DNA of 64,000 nucleotides. Origin: Bythopirellula sp. (GTDB lineage Bacteria > Planctomycetota > Planctomycetia > Pirellulales > Lacipirellulaceae). Each line of letters starts with the position of its first letter. Positions within the stretch are counted from its first letter, which is position 1. The notes under the pieces were generated by a model. The model did not search any database. It saw only the letters and a list, made by a program, of their open reading frames with translations, and was not told the DNA's origin. The stretch covers positions 4,480,001 through 4,544,000 of the forward strand of contig OZ244170.1 of the NCBI GenBank assembly GCA_965216565.1. Direction: 5' to 3'. The translations under genes were made by a program, and so were the position numbers. Positions 43,807-53,336 of the stretch are shown here, piece after piece.

Positions 43807-46800
43807 ATGTTCAGAGCCCTTTTGTTGTTGCTATTTGCTCTGACTATTTCTTTGTTCTTTACTACCGCAGCGACTCACGCCGAGTGTAGTGTCGAAGGTT
43901 TACGCTGCGAATACTTGATCGACCCTATGGGTATCGATGAGAATCAGCCGCGGCTTAGCTGGATAATTCGCTCCGACGATCGGGCCCAAATTCAGACTGC
44001 CTATCAAGTCTTGGTAGCCGACTCGGCTCAGGCACTCGCCGAGAATCGGGCAACTTTTTGGGACAGCGGCAAAGTGGCAAGTGGCAATTCCACGGCGGTC
44101 GTCTGCGCCGGCAATCCCCTCGACTCGGGTCAGCGGTGTTTTTGGAAGGTGCGGGTATGGGACAATCACGGCAATCCAAGTGGCTGGAGTTCACCGGCCC
44201 AGTGGAGCATGGGACTCCTGCACCCTGGCGATTGGCAGGCGGAGTGGATCGGTTACGACGCAGAGCGAGACGTAGTCGCGCGAGAGGCACCATTCGCGGG
44301 ATCCAGTTGGATCTGTGATGCCGAAAACGATTTAAAAAAAGTTCCGGCGGGCGATCAGTATTTCGTCAAACGATTCGAAATTCCAGAAGGCGTGGAAATT
44401 GAAAACGCCGATCTTCTGGCAATCGCGGACGATCAGCTCTGGGTTTCGTGTAACGGCCAGTTCGTCATTTCTGCTGAGACGGGTTGGAAAAAAGTGAAGC
44501 CCTTTGATGCGACCGAGGTGTTGCAAACGGGCCAAAACGAAATCCGGGTGAGACTGAACAACGGTTCGGTGGGCCCTGCGGGCATGTTGCTGCGGTTGGA
44601 AATCACTCTGGACGATAGGAAGAAACCCGTAGTAGTGAGTGATGGGTCGTGGATGATCGGCGATTTGGACATCGACTATTGGCCCTATCAGAAGCTTGAC
44701 AATTCGAAGCTAAAGGCATGTCGAGTCATTGGCGACTATGGCTGTCGGCCCTGGGGGAAGTGTGAACTGCAAGAGCTCTTTCTGCCACCCGTTTCTCGTC
44801 TGCGAACGGAGTTTCAAGTCGAAAAACCGATCGCGATGGCGACTCTTTATGTATCAGCACTGGGTAACTGCAATGCTTCTTTGAATGGTGCGCTTGTCTC
44901 GGAAGAGTTTTTCACCCCCGGTTGGACTGACTACACGAAGCGGGTTTACTATCGAAGCTGCGATGTCACGCCAATGCTACGATCGGGCAAGAACGCTCTG
45001 GGAGTTGAACTCGCTGATGGTTGGTTTAGCGGCTATATCGGCTGGGGGCGGAACCGAAATCACTACGGAAAGAATCCCAGAGCCAAAGTTCAGCTCAACA
45101 TCCAGAACGCCGACGGTACCTCGGCAGTCGTAGGCACCGACCCCAACTGGAAAGCCACCGCCGGACCGACGAGGGAGGCGGATTTCTTGATGGGCGAAGC
45201 GTTCGATGCGACTGCCGCCCAGCCAGACTGGTGTACGTCTCAGTATGACGCTCATGCATGGAGTGATGTAGATGTAGGTGCCAAGGTGGAGCCAATTCTG
45301 GAGCCGCACCCAGGGCCTCCCGTGGTTGCCATTGAAGAATTCCAACCCGTGGCCATTACGGAACCCCGTCCCGGAACTTACATATTCGATTTGGGGCAGT
45401 ACATAGCCGGTGTGGCGAGGCTGAAAGTGAAAGGCAAGCAGGGGCAAATAATCAAACTTCGCTTTGGAGAGCGGCTTCAATCGGATGGGACTCTCTACAC
45501 GGCGAATCTTCGCGGCGCCCGCACGCTAGACACCTACATTTGCCGCGGATCAGGCGTCGAGACTTGGTTGCCTCGGTTTACGTTTCATGGATTCCAGTAC
45601 GTAGAAGTGACTGGTCTCGATCGTGAACCTGCCGACGACACGATCACTGGCATCGCCTTAAGCAGTAAGACGCCACGTGCCGGATCATTTGAATGCTCAG
45701 ACGACCAACTAAACCGCCTCTACAAGAACGTGCTGTGGACCCAGTATGCCAACTTTATCGATGTCCCCACCGATTGTCCGCAACGGGACGAGCGCTTGGG
45801 TTGGACCGGGGATGCCCAGGTGTATGTGGCCACCGCTTGCTTGAATACGGATGTTCACGCGTTCTTTCGTAAATGGTTAGTAGATTTGGTCGATGCACAG
45901 CGCGACGACGGACAGTTCCCAATGGTGGCTCCCTTAAAAGTGGCTGGAGACGACGGTGGACCAGCTTGGGCAGATGCTGGCGTCATTTGTCCTTGGACCA
46001 TCTACAAGACCTATGGCGACCAACGACTCTTGGAAAAGCACTATCCCTCGATGCGCCGCTATGTAGATTTCTGTCGCAACCGGAGCCAGGAAAACCTTTT
46101 GCCGCCGGAGAAGTACCATTGCTTTGGCGATTGGCTTAGCATCGGGGCAGATACGCCGAAGGACATCATCTACACGGCCTACTTTGCTCATTGCACCAGG
46201 CTCTTGGCTCAGGCGGCAGAAGTTCTCGGTAAACGGCAAGACGCCAAAGAGTACTATGCACTTTTTCAAGAGATCAAATCTGCATTCAATAATGCCTACG
46301 TCGACGAACAAGGCCGCATTCTTGGAGATACCCAGTGCTGCTATGTGTTGGCCTTAGCCTATGACCTGGTCGATGGGGAACGAAAAAAACAGGCAGCAGA
46401 TTACTTGGTCGAAAAGATTGCGGACCGCGACTATCATTTGTCGACCGGATTTGTGGGTACCAAAGATTTGATGTTAGTGCTTTCTGCAATTGGGCGCAAT
46501 GATATTGCCTACCGGCTAATTCACAACGACACTTTTCCTTCCTGGGGCTTCTCAATCAAACATGGCGCAACAAGCATCTGGGAACGGTGGGACGGTTGGA
46601 CGCCGAAGAAGGGTTTCCAAGATCCGGGCATGAATTCGTTTGCTCACTATTCATTCGGAGCTGTTTACCAATGGATGGTGGAAAACATCGGCGGAATTCG
46701 CAGCCTGGAGCCAGGTTATAAGAGAATCGAGATTGCCCCGCAGCCAGATGGGAAACTTAAGTGGGCAAAAACCGACTACCACTGCATCTACGGCCGAATC

Positions 46801-47028
46801 GCGTCACACTGGCGGATCAAAAACGACAAATTTCACTTGGCTGTGACGATTCCACCGAACACTTCCGCCCGAGTCCGGTTGCCACAGTCACTGCCAAGCC
46901 ATATCAAAGAAGGTGGCTACGCTCTTGCAGAGTCTCCAGGGATCAAGGACGTTCGAAAAGACTCTGCCGATACGGTCATCGAATTGGGATCTGGTTCCTA
47001 TTCCTTTGTGACGAAGCACGGAGACTGA
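43807..47028 (+). CDS. GH78 alpha-L-rhamnosidase
   Basis: LRCEYLIDPMGID..PRLSW, FTFHGFQYVE, PTDCPQRDERLGWTGDAQV, GATSIWERW, MNSFAHY; ATG 43807 with signal peptide. Confidence 0.95.
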   Translation: MFRALLLLLFALTISLFFTTAATHAECSVEGLRCEYLIDPMGIDENQPRLSWIIRSDDRAQIQTAYQVLVADSAQALAENRATFWDSGKVASGNSTAVVCAGNPLDSGQRCFWKVRVWDNHGNPSGWSSPAQWSMGLLHPGDWQAEWIGYDAERDVVAREAPFAGSSWICDAENDLKKVPAGDQYFVKRFEIPEGVEIENADLLAIADDQLWVSCNGQFVISAETGWKKVKPFDATEVLQTGQNEIRVRLNNGSVGPAGMLLRLEITLDDRKKPVVVSDGSWMIGDLDIDYWPYQKLDNSKLKACRVIGDYGCRPWGKCELQELFLPPVSRLRTEFQVEKPIAMATLYVSALGNCNASLNGALVSEEFFTPGWTDYTKRVYYRSCDVTPMLRSGKNALGVELADGWFSGYIGWGRNRNHYGKNPRAKVQLNIQNADGTSAVVGTDPNWKATAGPTREADFLMGEAFDATAAQPDWCTSQYDAHAWSDVDVGAKVEPILEPHPGPPVVAIEEFQPVAITEPRPGTYIFDLGQYIAGVARLKVKGKQGQIIKLRFGERLQSDGTLYTANLRGARTLDTYICRGSGVETWLPRFTFHGFQYVEVTGLDREPADDTITGIALSSKTPRAGSFECSDDQLNRLYKNVLWTQYANFIDVPTDCPQRDERLGWTGDAQVYVATACLNTDVHAFFRKWLVDLVDAQRDDGQFPMVAPLKVAGDDGGPAWADAGVICPWTIYKTYGDQRLLEKHYPSMRRYVDFCRNRSQENLLPPEKYHCFGDWLSIGADTPKDIIYTAYFAHCTRLLAQAAEVLGKRQDAKEYYALFQEIKSAFNNAYVDEQGRILGDTQCCYVLALAYDLVDGERKKQAADYLVEKIADRDYHLSTGFVGTKDLMLVLSAIGRNDIAYRLIHNDTFPSWGFSIKHGATSIWERWDGWTPKKGFQDPGMNSFAHYSFGAVYQWMVENIGGIRSLEPGYKRIEIAPQPDGKLKWAKTDYHCIYGRIASHWRIKNDKFHLAVTIPPNTSARVRLPQSLPSHIKEGGYALAESPGIKDVRKDSADTVIELGSGSYSFVTKHGD

Positions 47029-47251
47029 ACCTAATCTCGTGAGCGGTGCCAGTGGTTTGAGAAAACCAAGCAGCGAGCACTTCGATGGTTCTTGCTAAAT
47101 ACCGTCTGTAAGTAACCGATGAGGAATTCGAGATCGCTGCTGAGCTACCAAGTGAATCGCTGCAGCAAGAATCGGAATTAAAAGAAGTGCACCGGGTGGG
47201 AAGGAATACTTCGAAAACGGTGCTACGTCGCGAGATTCCTGAATGAAAAAG

Positions 47252-47325
47252 TGGGCGATAGAAGACTCGAACTTCTGACCCCTAGCTTGTCGAGCTAGTG
47301 CTCTAACCAACTGAGCTAATCGCCC
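47252..47325 (-). tRNA. tRNA-Val(GAC), CCA not encoded
   Basis: GGGCGAT/ATCGCCC acceptor stem, TAGCTCAGTTGGTTAGAGC D arm, CTAGC-TCGACAA-GCTAG anticodon arm, AGAAG-TTCGAGT-CTTCT T arm. Confidence 0.96.
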
Positions 47326-47854
47326 TTTTGTCACGGACCCTGGCATGTGGTCTGTGAAGGATTACCGAGTTTACCATTCCCCCTGCCCCCGCGGTAGGGC
47401 TACCTGAATCACCTGTGATTATGCCGTGTTTTGCCATTCCCACCGGCTTTTTGAGAGAAAGCCTCTAGTCTGGGGGAAGTGCGGCCATATCCAGGTTGTC
47501 AACTAGCCTCGGATGCGTTCTATTCTACGGTGGTTGCACGAAGCCCTACTGACGGTCTTTGCTGCCAGCCGTGGAACAGAACAAAACAGGAATGGCCAAG
47601 CGACACGGAAGTGGTCGCATTGCCGAAAAGCAATGAATCTCAATCGCCGAGAATCTTTTGCCATGGGAGAGTTGGCACTCTTTGTGTCAGCTTGGATCCT
47701 TGCGCTTCTTGCGACACTCAATGATTATCGTTCGTTCAGTAACGATGTCGCCAGGAATGGTGAGCCAACAGCTACGGAAATTCCTGCAGAGGGTGCCTTA
47801 GACTAACCGGCTGGTCTGCGTCTCCAGGTTGCGGCCGTAGGAAACGACTTCTAC

Positions 47855-49231
47855 CTAGCTATCTTCTTGGGCCACTTCAGGCTCGTCGGCGCCAACTTCG
47901 TCGCGTTGATCATTGGATTGCCTCTTGCGTAGATACAGCTTGATAGGCACTTCTTCAAAGTGCAGCTGGTCGCGCACGGCGCTCAATAGATACCGTTGGT
48001 AAGGACGTCCAAGAGCACGTGGGTCGTTGCAGAACAAGACCAGGGTTGGCGGCTGGATACCCACCTGTGTGCCGTAGAAAATTTTGGGGCGTCGGTTTTG
48101 ATACACCGAGGGCGGGTTGCGTCGGACTGCTTCGCGAAGTAACCGATTGAGCACGCCGGTAGTGATTCGCTGCCGCGATTGTTTGAACAGCATTTGCCCG
48201 TGATTGAGCAACGCTTTCACATTGCGGCCCGTTTCTCCCGTGATGAAGGCAATGGGTGCGAATCGCATGGTCCTGAATGTGTCGTAGAGATAGCGAACCC
48301 ATTTTTCCGTGGGCATCGATTTGGCCATGATGTCCCACTTGTTGACCACGAGCACACAAGGTTTGTACTGCTGACTAATGTAGTCACAAAGTTGTTTGTC
48401 GACTTTGCTGATTCGTTGGCTGGCGTCGAGAAACAAGAAAACCACATCCGCCCGTCGGATGCTTCGTTGGGCGCGATGAGTTCCGTAGAAATCGATCGCA
48501 GCCCCCCGACTTTGCGCGCGGCGAATGCCAGGCGTATCGATGGCGACAAACGCTTTGCCGTCCAATTCAAAGCGGACGTCCACGCTGTCGCGAGTTGTGC
48601 CAGGCACTTCGCTGACGATCATACGCTTGGTTTGAGATAAAGTGTTGACGAATGTGCTCTTGCCCACATTGCGGCGGCCGACAATGGCGACCTTCATCTC
48701 GGGCTCTTCAGAGTCTTCCTCTTCAATCGTTTCCGGGGGCAACCGCTCCAAGAGCATATTTAGGAGCACCGCTCGATTGCGATTCTGTTGTGTGCTTACA
48801 GAAATGATCTTGCCGCGACCGAGTCGATAAAAATCGGCGGCCGAATCATCCAGCTTTTGGTCATCTGCCTTATTAGCAACACAGATAACCGGCACATCGA
48901 CGTGTCGCAACCGATGGGCCACCTCCTCGTCTAGGGGCAGCAACCCAGCGCGAGTATCGACCACAAACAGGATGACCGAAGCAGAGTCGATCGCCATCTG
49001 AATCTGATCTTCAATGTGCTGGGTGAGATTGTCTTCGTCTTGAATGCCGATGCCGCCGGTATCGACCAACTCGAAATAGCGATCCTGATGCGACATGAGA
49101 TAGTCGACCCTATCTCTCGTGACTCCAGGGCGATCTTCGACGATGGCCAGGCGTATGCCAGCCAGCCAATTTAGCAGGCTGCTTTTGCCTACATTGGGCC
49201 GACCTACGATTACCACCTTGGGGACTGCCAT
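47855..49231 (-). CDS. der: Ribosome biogenesis GTPase Der (EngA)
   Basis: Two tandem G domains: GRPNVGKS/GVTRD/DTGG/NKAD and GRRNVGKS/GTTRD/DTPG/NKWD, followed by a KH-like C-terminus. Confidence 0.97.
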   Translation of the reverse strand: MAVPKVVIVGRPNVGKSSLLNWLAGIRLAIVEDRPGVTRDRVDYLMSHQDRYFELVDTGGIGIQDEDNLTQHIEDQIQMAIDSASVILFVVDTRAGLLPLDEEVAHRLRHVDVPVICVANKADDQKLDDSAADFYRLGRGKIISVSTQQNRNRAVLLNMLLERLPPETIEEEDSEEPEMKVAIVGRRNVGKSTFVNTLSQTKRMIVSEVPGTTRDSVDVRFELDGKAFVAIDTPGIRRAQSRGAAIDFYGTHRAQRSIRRADVVFLFLDASQRISKVDKQLCDYISQQYKPCVLVVNKWDIMAKSMPTEKWVRYLYDTFRTMRFAPIAFITGETGRNVKALLNHGQMLFKQSRQRITTGVLNRLLREAVRRNPPSVYQNRRPKIFYGTQVGIQPPTLVLFCNDPRALGRPYQRYLLSAVRDQLHFEEVPIKLYLRKRQSNDQRDEVGADEPEVAQEDS

Positions 49232-49477
49232 GACTGGACTCAACTAGGAGAAAGGTTTCTTGGGGAATAAGACTACATGATAGTTGAGGCGAGACACCGT
49301 GAACAACTGCTTTCTCAATAACAAAAATCGATTGCGAATGTGGCCCCCTTACCTCCAAGACGACATTTCACGTAGACTGAGCCTGGATCAACTGAATAAG
49401 CGATCCACTCTTAGACGGTCTAGGCAGCTAGATTGTTCGTTCCCGACGGGAAAATATTCGACTTACGGTCCGCTAGG

Positions 49478-50263
49478 ATGGGCAGTCCCTTGCAAGATCC
49501 ACAATCTATCGATGTTACTAGACTCGTTCGACAATCGCTGGAAAGCCAAGCTGCTGCTGGGGTTCAGCAATTACCGAAGGCAGTGAAAGCTCCCCAAGAA
49601 CCAATTCAAGAATCGTCCACAACCGGCGTGCCGTCCCCGGACTCACCCCTTCCCGGAGCACAAACTGACATGCTCGATTCAAATGCCGGCGAGATATCTG
49701 CCGCCCCCAACCTCAAAGTTTTGCAAACTGAAGTTGCGGGCTGTACTCTCTGCGACGAGCTAGCCAGCACTCGAAATCAGACGGTCTTTGGAGTTGGAAG
49801 TCCTAAGGCCAAATTGTGCTTTCTGGGTGAGGCACCCGGGGCAGAAGAAGATCGGCTCGGCGAACCGTTTGTCGGCAGGGCGGGAAAGCTCCTCGACAAG
49901 ATCTTGGAAGCTTGTGGGCTGGCTCGCGAAGAGGTTTACATCCTGAATGTCTTGAAGTGTCGGCCTCCAGGCAATCGAAACCCGACCTCAGACGAATCAG
50001 CTAATTGCCGCCGCTATCTGAATCGACAGTTGGAATTGATCGACCCGGAGTATATCTGTTGTTTGGGAGCAGTCGCTGCCCAAAACCTACTGGATACTCA
50101 GACCGCGATTGGACGTCTGCGCGGCAAGACACACGAGTATCGAGGGATCAAGGTTGTATGCACTTACCATCCCGCGTATTTGCTTCGCAATCCTTCGGCA
50201 AAGCAGCATACCTGGGACGATATGAAGCTCTTAATGCGCGAAATGGGTACACCCGTAGATTAA
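49478..50263 (+). CDS. Uracil-DNA glycosylase family 4 (Fe-S)
   Basis: [39 protein letters not shown]. Confidence 0.95.
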   Translation: MGSPLQDPQSIDVTRLVRQSLESQAAAGVQQLPKAVKAPQEPIQESSTTGVPSPDSPLPGAQTDMLDSNAGEISAAPNLKVLQTEVAGCTLCDELASTRNQTVFGVGSPKAKLCFLGEAPGAEEDRLGEPFVGRAGKLLDKILEACGLAREEVYILNVLKCRPPGNRNPTSDESANCRRYLNRQLELIDPEYICCLGAVAAQNLLDTQTAIGRLRGKTHEYRGIKVVCTYHPAYLLRNPSAKQHTWDDMKLLMREMGTPVD

Positions 50264-50289
50264 ACTCGCAAGATGTTGGCAGCCCACGC

Positions 50290-51891
50290 CTACACGCCGG
50301 CACCGGCTGCAATTTTTGGGCCCGCACTCTTTACTGCGTCTGATGCGTCGCTTTCGTACTTCTTGAAATTGTCGCTGAATAGCGAAGCCAGCTTGTGAGC
50401 TGTTGCGTCAAACGCGGCTTTGTCTTTCCACGTTTGTTTCGGGACGAGAATCTCAGCAGGAACACCTGAGCAACTTTTCGGAATTTCGAGACCAAACACA
50501 GAATCGGTTTGCGTTTCTGCTTCCGCCAACGAGCCATCGTGAATGGCGTGGATTATCGCGCGTGTGTGCTTGAGGCTAATGCGAGAACCAACTCCGTATG
50601 CACCGCCACTCCAGCCAGTATTGACCAGCCAGGCATTTGCCTTGTGCTGTCGCATTTGCGAAGCCAGAAGCTCTGCGTACTTAGCAGGATGCCAAGCGAG
50701 AAATGGTCCGCCAAAGCAGGGGCTGAAGGTTGCCTCTGGCTCGGTCACTCCGACTTCGGTGCCGGCAACTTTTGCGGTGTAGCCGCTAATGAAATGGTAC
50801 ATCGCTTGCTCAGGCGACAACCGTCCCACGGGTGGCAGCACACCGAACGCATCGCAGGTGAGAAACACTATGTTCTGCGGATGTCCTCCTTCGCAGGGAA
50901 TCTTGGCATGGTCGATGAACTCGATAGGATAGCTCGCTCGCGTGTTCTCGGTGAGTGAGCTATCGGTATAGTCAACTTCGCGAGTTAGCGGGTCCTGGAC
51001 GGTATTTTCCAGAACGGTTCCAAACCGAATCGCCTGGAAGATCTCTGGTTCCTTTTCCGCAGACAAATTGATGCACTTGGCGTAGCAACCCCCTTCGATG
51101 TTGAAGACACCTTGATCGGTCCAGTAGTGCTCGTCGTCGCCGATGAGTTGGCGCTCAGGATCAGCCGATAGAGTCGTCTTGCCGGTACCCGAGAGACCGA
51201 AAAACAGTGAAACATCTCCCTGCACGCCTTCGTTAGCAGAGCAATGCATGGACAAGTGGCCCATCTTCGGCATCAGGTAATTCATGATGGTGAAGATGCC
51301 TTTCTTCATCTCGCCGGCGTACTGAGTGCCAAGTATGACGAATTCTTTGGTAGCAAAGTTGAGAGCCACACTGGTCTTACTCTCGACACCTTCGATGCTA
51401 GGGTCGGCGTCGGCGCTGCCAGCGTTGAACACCACATAGTCGGGCTCGCCAAATTCAGTCAATTCGTCTGCGGTTGGCCGAATAAGCATGTTATGCATGA
51501 ACAGGGCGTGGTAAGGCCGCGAGCAGATTATGCGGACTTTAATCCGCGTTGCAGGATCCCAACCGGCGAAGCCATCGATTGCATACAGTTCTTGGCAGGT
51601 GTTGAGAAAATCGAGAGCCGTCTGCTTCGTTTTTGCAAAGGAGTCTTCGGAGAATGGAATGTTGACATTTCCCCACCAAATATCGTCCTTGCTGCCGGGC
51701 TCTTCGACTACGCGCTTGTCCTTCGGGCTACGGCCTTTTTTGGCCCCCGAGTCGGCGAAGATGGCACCGCTGGCAACAATCTGGCTGCCATCCTTCAAGA
51801 TGCCATCTTCGTAGAGCTTGGCTGGTGAGGGATTGCGATGGATTTGAGTTACGTGAATTCCGGAAGTTGCTAGATCCATAGATTGGCTCAT
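50290..51891 (-). CDS. pckA: Phosphoenolpyruvate carboxykinase (ATP)
   Basis: GRSPKDK, YAGEMKK, FGLSGTGKTTLS, LIGDDEH, FNIEGGCYAK, TENTR. Confidence 0.98.
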   Translation of the reverse strand: MSQSMDLATSGIHVTQIHRNPSPAKLYEDGILKDGSQIVASGAIFADSGAKKGRSPKDKRVVEEPGSKDDIWWGNVNIPFSEDSFAKTKQTALDFLNTCQELYAIDGFAGWDPATRIKVRIICSRPYHALFMHNMLIRPTADELTEFGEPDYVVFNAGSADADPSIEGVESKTSVALNFATKEFVILGTQYAGEMKKGIFTIMNYLMPKMGHLSMHCSANEGVQGDVSLFFGLSGTGKTTLSADPERQLIGDDEHYWTDQGVFNIEGGCYAKCINLSAEKEPEIFQAIRFGTVLENTVQDPLTREVDYTDSSLTENTRASYPIEFIDHAKIPCEGGHPQNIVFLTCDAFGVLPPVGRLSPEQAMYHFISGYTAKVAGTEVGVTEPEATFSPCFGGPFLAWHPAKYAELLASQMRQHKANAWLVNTGWSGGAYGVGSRISLKHTRAIIHAIHDGSLAEAETQTDSVFGLEIPKSCSGVPAEILVPKQTWKDKAAFDATAHKLASLFSDNFKKYESDASDAVKSAGPKIAAGAGV

Positions 51892-52034
51892 AGTTGCCTA
51901 TAGCTGGATTCGCAAAAATGCAGCTCATAAGTGCTCTAAGGAATTGCTTAGAAAAGCAAAGCTCCATTGCCTGCTTCAAGTGGTTGTATATTCTAGGACC
52001 CGCACTGAAACCTGACCATACAAGAATCGAGAAG

Positions 52035-53336
52035 TCAGGCCCAAGTTCGATGGGGCCGTAGACAAAGCACTGCACAGATTAATGCGAGAGCTACAGAACT
52101 TGGTTCAGGAACCGCTCGCACTTCGCTACCAATACTGGTCGCGTAGCTGGCACTCCAAATAGAGAGATCACTGGAGTCTACGTCTCCATCTCGATCAGCG
52201 TCTCCCTGAGAGAAATGGGCTCCGAGGGTCGTACCAAAACCAGTCTGCCAAGCGAGAAAGTCCAGCCCATCCACGCGATTATCTTCATTAAAGTCTGCAC
52301 TGAGGCTAGCAGACAGTGCAAAGCTAACCACCGTGTTCGAGCTGAATGGATCCCCCCCGTTACTATTGTCGACAACTCCCACCAGTACCCAATCGCCCGA
52401 GGCGAGCCGAGGTCCGAGCGTGAGGCCCTCCAGGTTCTGCCCTGCGGACCCGTCAATGGCACCCGACCACAGTAGTTGCTTGGTCACAGGGATATAGCTT
52501 TTTCCGACAAGTCCAGAGTCGAAGTTCGGGTCACTAACATCTGTAGCTAATGAGAAGTCAATTTCGTAGATTGAATTCAGGTAGGTGGGACTTCCTAATC
52601 CGCTCGCAGAACGCTCCAGCGCTAGCACCGTGCCATCGGGTAGAGCTACCAAATCAGCCAGTCCGCTGCGGTTGGGAATAAGTCCAGGATGAATCGGTTC
52701 GGTGACGTAGGCGTATTGCGATCCTGCGGTGTACGACCCACCATCGGCTTCCAGGTGCAACAGTCGCACCACCGACCCTGCCGACGTGGTCGAGAGAGAG
52801 CCATCGACGGTAAGGGCCTCCTCGTTGGCCGTCCACATCGTCTGGCCAGATGGAGAGAGAGCCAATGACTCGAAGCCCCGATTGCCCGCACGGTTGGCAA
52901 AAACACTGGGGATACTCAGATTTTGTAGCAGACCGCCAGTGGAGAAATCGTATTCTCGCACTCCTGGGTTATTCTCTTCGCTGACGTAAATTGAGTCTTG
53001 ATCAGCCCCGGTGTACGCAATGCCCTCGAAATCGAGCGTCTGGGGCAGTTGGAGTTGATCGGTGGTGGCAGCGGAAACAAGATTTCCAACCAAGTCCAGC
53101 TCCACCTCGAAACGATCTACTTTTCCGCCGTTGTCCTCGACCGCCGCGAACCGATGGGTTCCCAACGTGGAACCGGGGCCCAGATAGGTCACTCCGCTCA
53201 TTTCAGCGATGACGAAACCATTGGGATCTAGCTGAAGGTTATTTTGGAGGGCAACGTTCCATTTGCTGGCCTGGCAGGTGCAGGAAAGGGAGAAAGTCCC
53301 TAACACGAACAAACTAATCAGCAGCGTGCGTAACAT
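52035..53336 (-). CDS. Esterase-like-activity-of-phytase family protein with dockerin-like repeats and PEP-CTERM
   Basis: DFEGIA, NRGFESLA, LALERS, NLEGLTLGP; ADFNEDNRVDGLDFLAWQ; VPEPSS. Confidence 0.85.
   Translation of the reverse strand: MLRTLLISLFVLGTFSLSCTCQASKWNVALQNNLQLDPNGFVIAEMSGVTYLGPGSTLGTHRFAAVEDNGGKVDRFEVELDLVGNLVSAATTDQLQLPQTLDFEGIAYTGADQDSIYVSEENNPGVREYDFSTGGLLQNLSIPSVFANRAGNRGFESLALSPSGQTMWTANEEALTVDGSLSTTSAGSVVRLLHLEADGGSYTAGSQYAYVTEPIHPGLIPNRSGLADLVALPDGTVLALERSASGLGSPTYLNSIYEIDFSLATDVSDPNFDSGLVGKSYIPVTKQLLWSGAIDGSAGQNLEGLTLGPRLASGDWVLVGVVDNSNGGDPFSSNTVVSFALSASLSADFNEDNRVDGLDFLAWQTGFGTTLGAHFSQGDADRDGDVDSSDLSIWSASYATSIGSEVRAVPEPSSVALALICAVLCLRPHRTWA

Noticed and set aside
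47095..47346. 83-aa ORF on the minus strand
   Set aside because: It overlaps the tRNA-Val gene and is a spurious translation
47513..47806. Small ORF between the tRNA and der (possible 57-aa membrane peptide from 47633)
   Set aside because: No recognisable homology or clear RBS; cannot be supported from sequence alone
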